5,467 bases of DNA from a virus: the IMG/VR virus record IMGVR_UViG_3300017598_000085; one strand, 5' to 3'. The translations under genes were made by a program, and so were the position numbers. The notes under the pieces are model-generated. The model did not search any database and had not been told where the DNA came from. It saw only the letters and a program-made list of their open reading frames with translations. This document shows positions 5,347 through 5,467 of the stretch, in pieces. Each line of letters opens with the position of its first letter. The stretch's first letter is position 1.

Positions 5347-5467
5347 AGTTCGTATCTAACGCGCCAAGGCTTGTTCAGGTAGGGAGCAAAAGAAGGTAAC
5401 AAAGGCAGGTGTAATACAACAACACAAAACTCAACATTCTGATGATTACGGGGGAGATAAATAGAGA
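5347..5467. repeat. Right copy of the exact 121-nt terminal direct repeat (circular-genome assembly overlap)
   Basis: Identical to 1-121. Confidence 0.95.

Noticed and set aside
1-5467. The 121-nt terminal repeats as LTR/IS ends or att sites of an integrated element, and a whole-genome TGA-to-Trp (code 4) reassignment as the default reading
   Set aside because: The repeats are exact, direct, and cut through an ORF and a hairpin. The content between them is a full microvirus gene set with no host genes, so this is circular-contig redundancy. Genome-wide code 4 is not adopted as the default, because all other Trp codons seen are TGG and only one internal TGA exists. It remains an explicit alternative under the Rep finding.

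Overview
This window is one complete, circularly permuted genome of a small ssDNA phage of the family Microviridae. Bases 1-121 are repeated exactly at 5347-5467, the usual signature of a circular contig, so the unit length is 5,346 nt. All credible genes are on the + strand, which is visibly A-rich and T-poor, and they are tightly packed or overlapping. In order they are: two small hypothetical ORFs; the major capsid protein VP1 (F-like, 666 aa); a 110-aa protein in the scaffold position; the DNA-pilot/minor capsid protein VP2 (H-like, 338 aa); the rolling-circle replication initiator VP4 (A-like); two tiny transmembrane ORFs; and a roughly 215-nt noncoding region that spans the contig junction. 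Protein identities come from motifs I recognise by eye, since no search was possible. The strongest finding is that the Rep gene is split by a single in-frame TGA (4372-4374). It lies between HUH-endonuclease motif I and motifs II/III, and the 205 codons after it stay open in the same frame with no usable ATG. A functional Rep therefore needs TGA readthrough or reassignment; otherwise this genome is defective or carries a base-call error. Secondary observations: two G5-6/C5-6 stem-loops with AACA-containing loops (one built from atypical codons inside rep); over-representation of ACGGGGG on the + strand; a 21-nt (exactly one heptad) tandem duplication in the pilot protein; two candidate single-gene lysis peptides; and no Shine-Dalgarno sequences at all, which together with the large VP1 points to an Alpavirinae-like phage of a Bacteroidota-type host. 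No tRNA, rRNA, CRISPR or IS element is visible.
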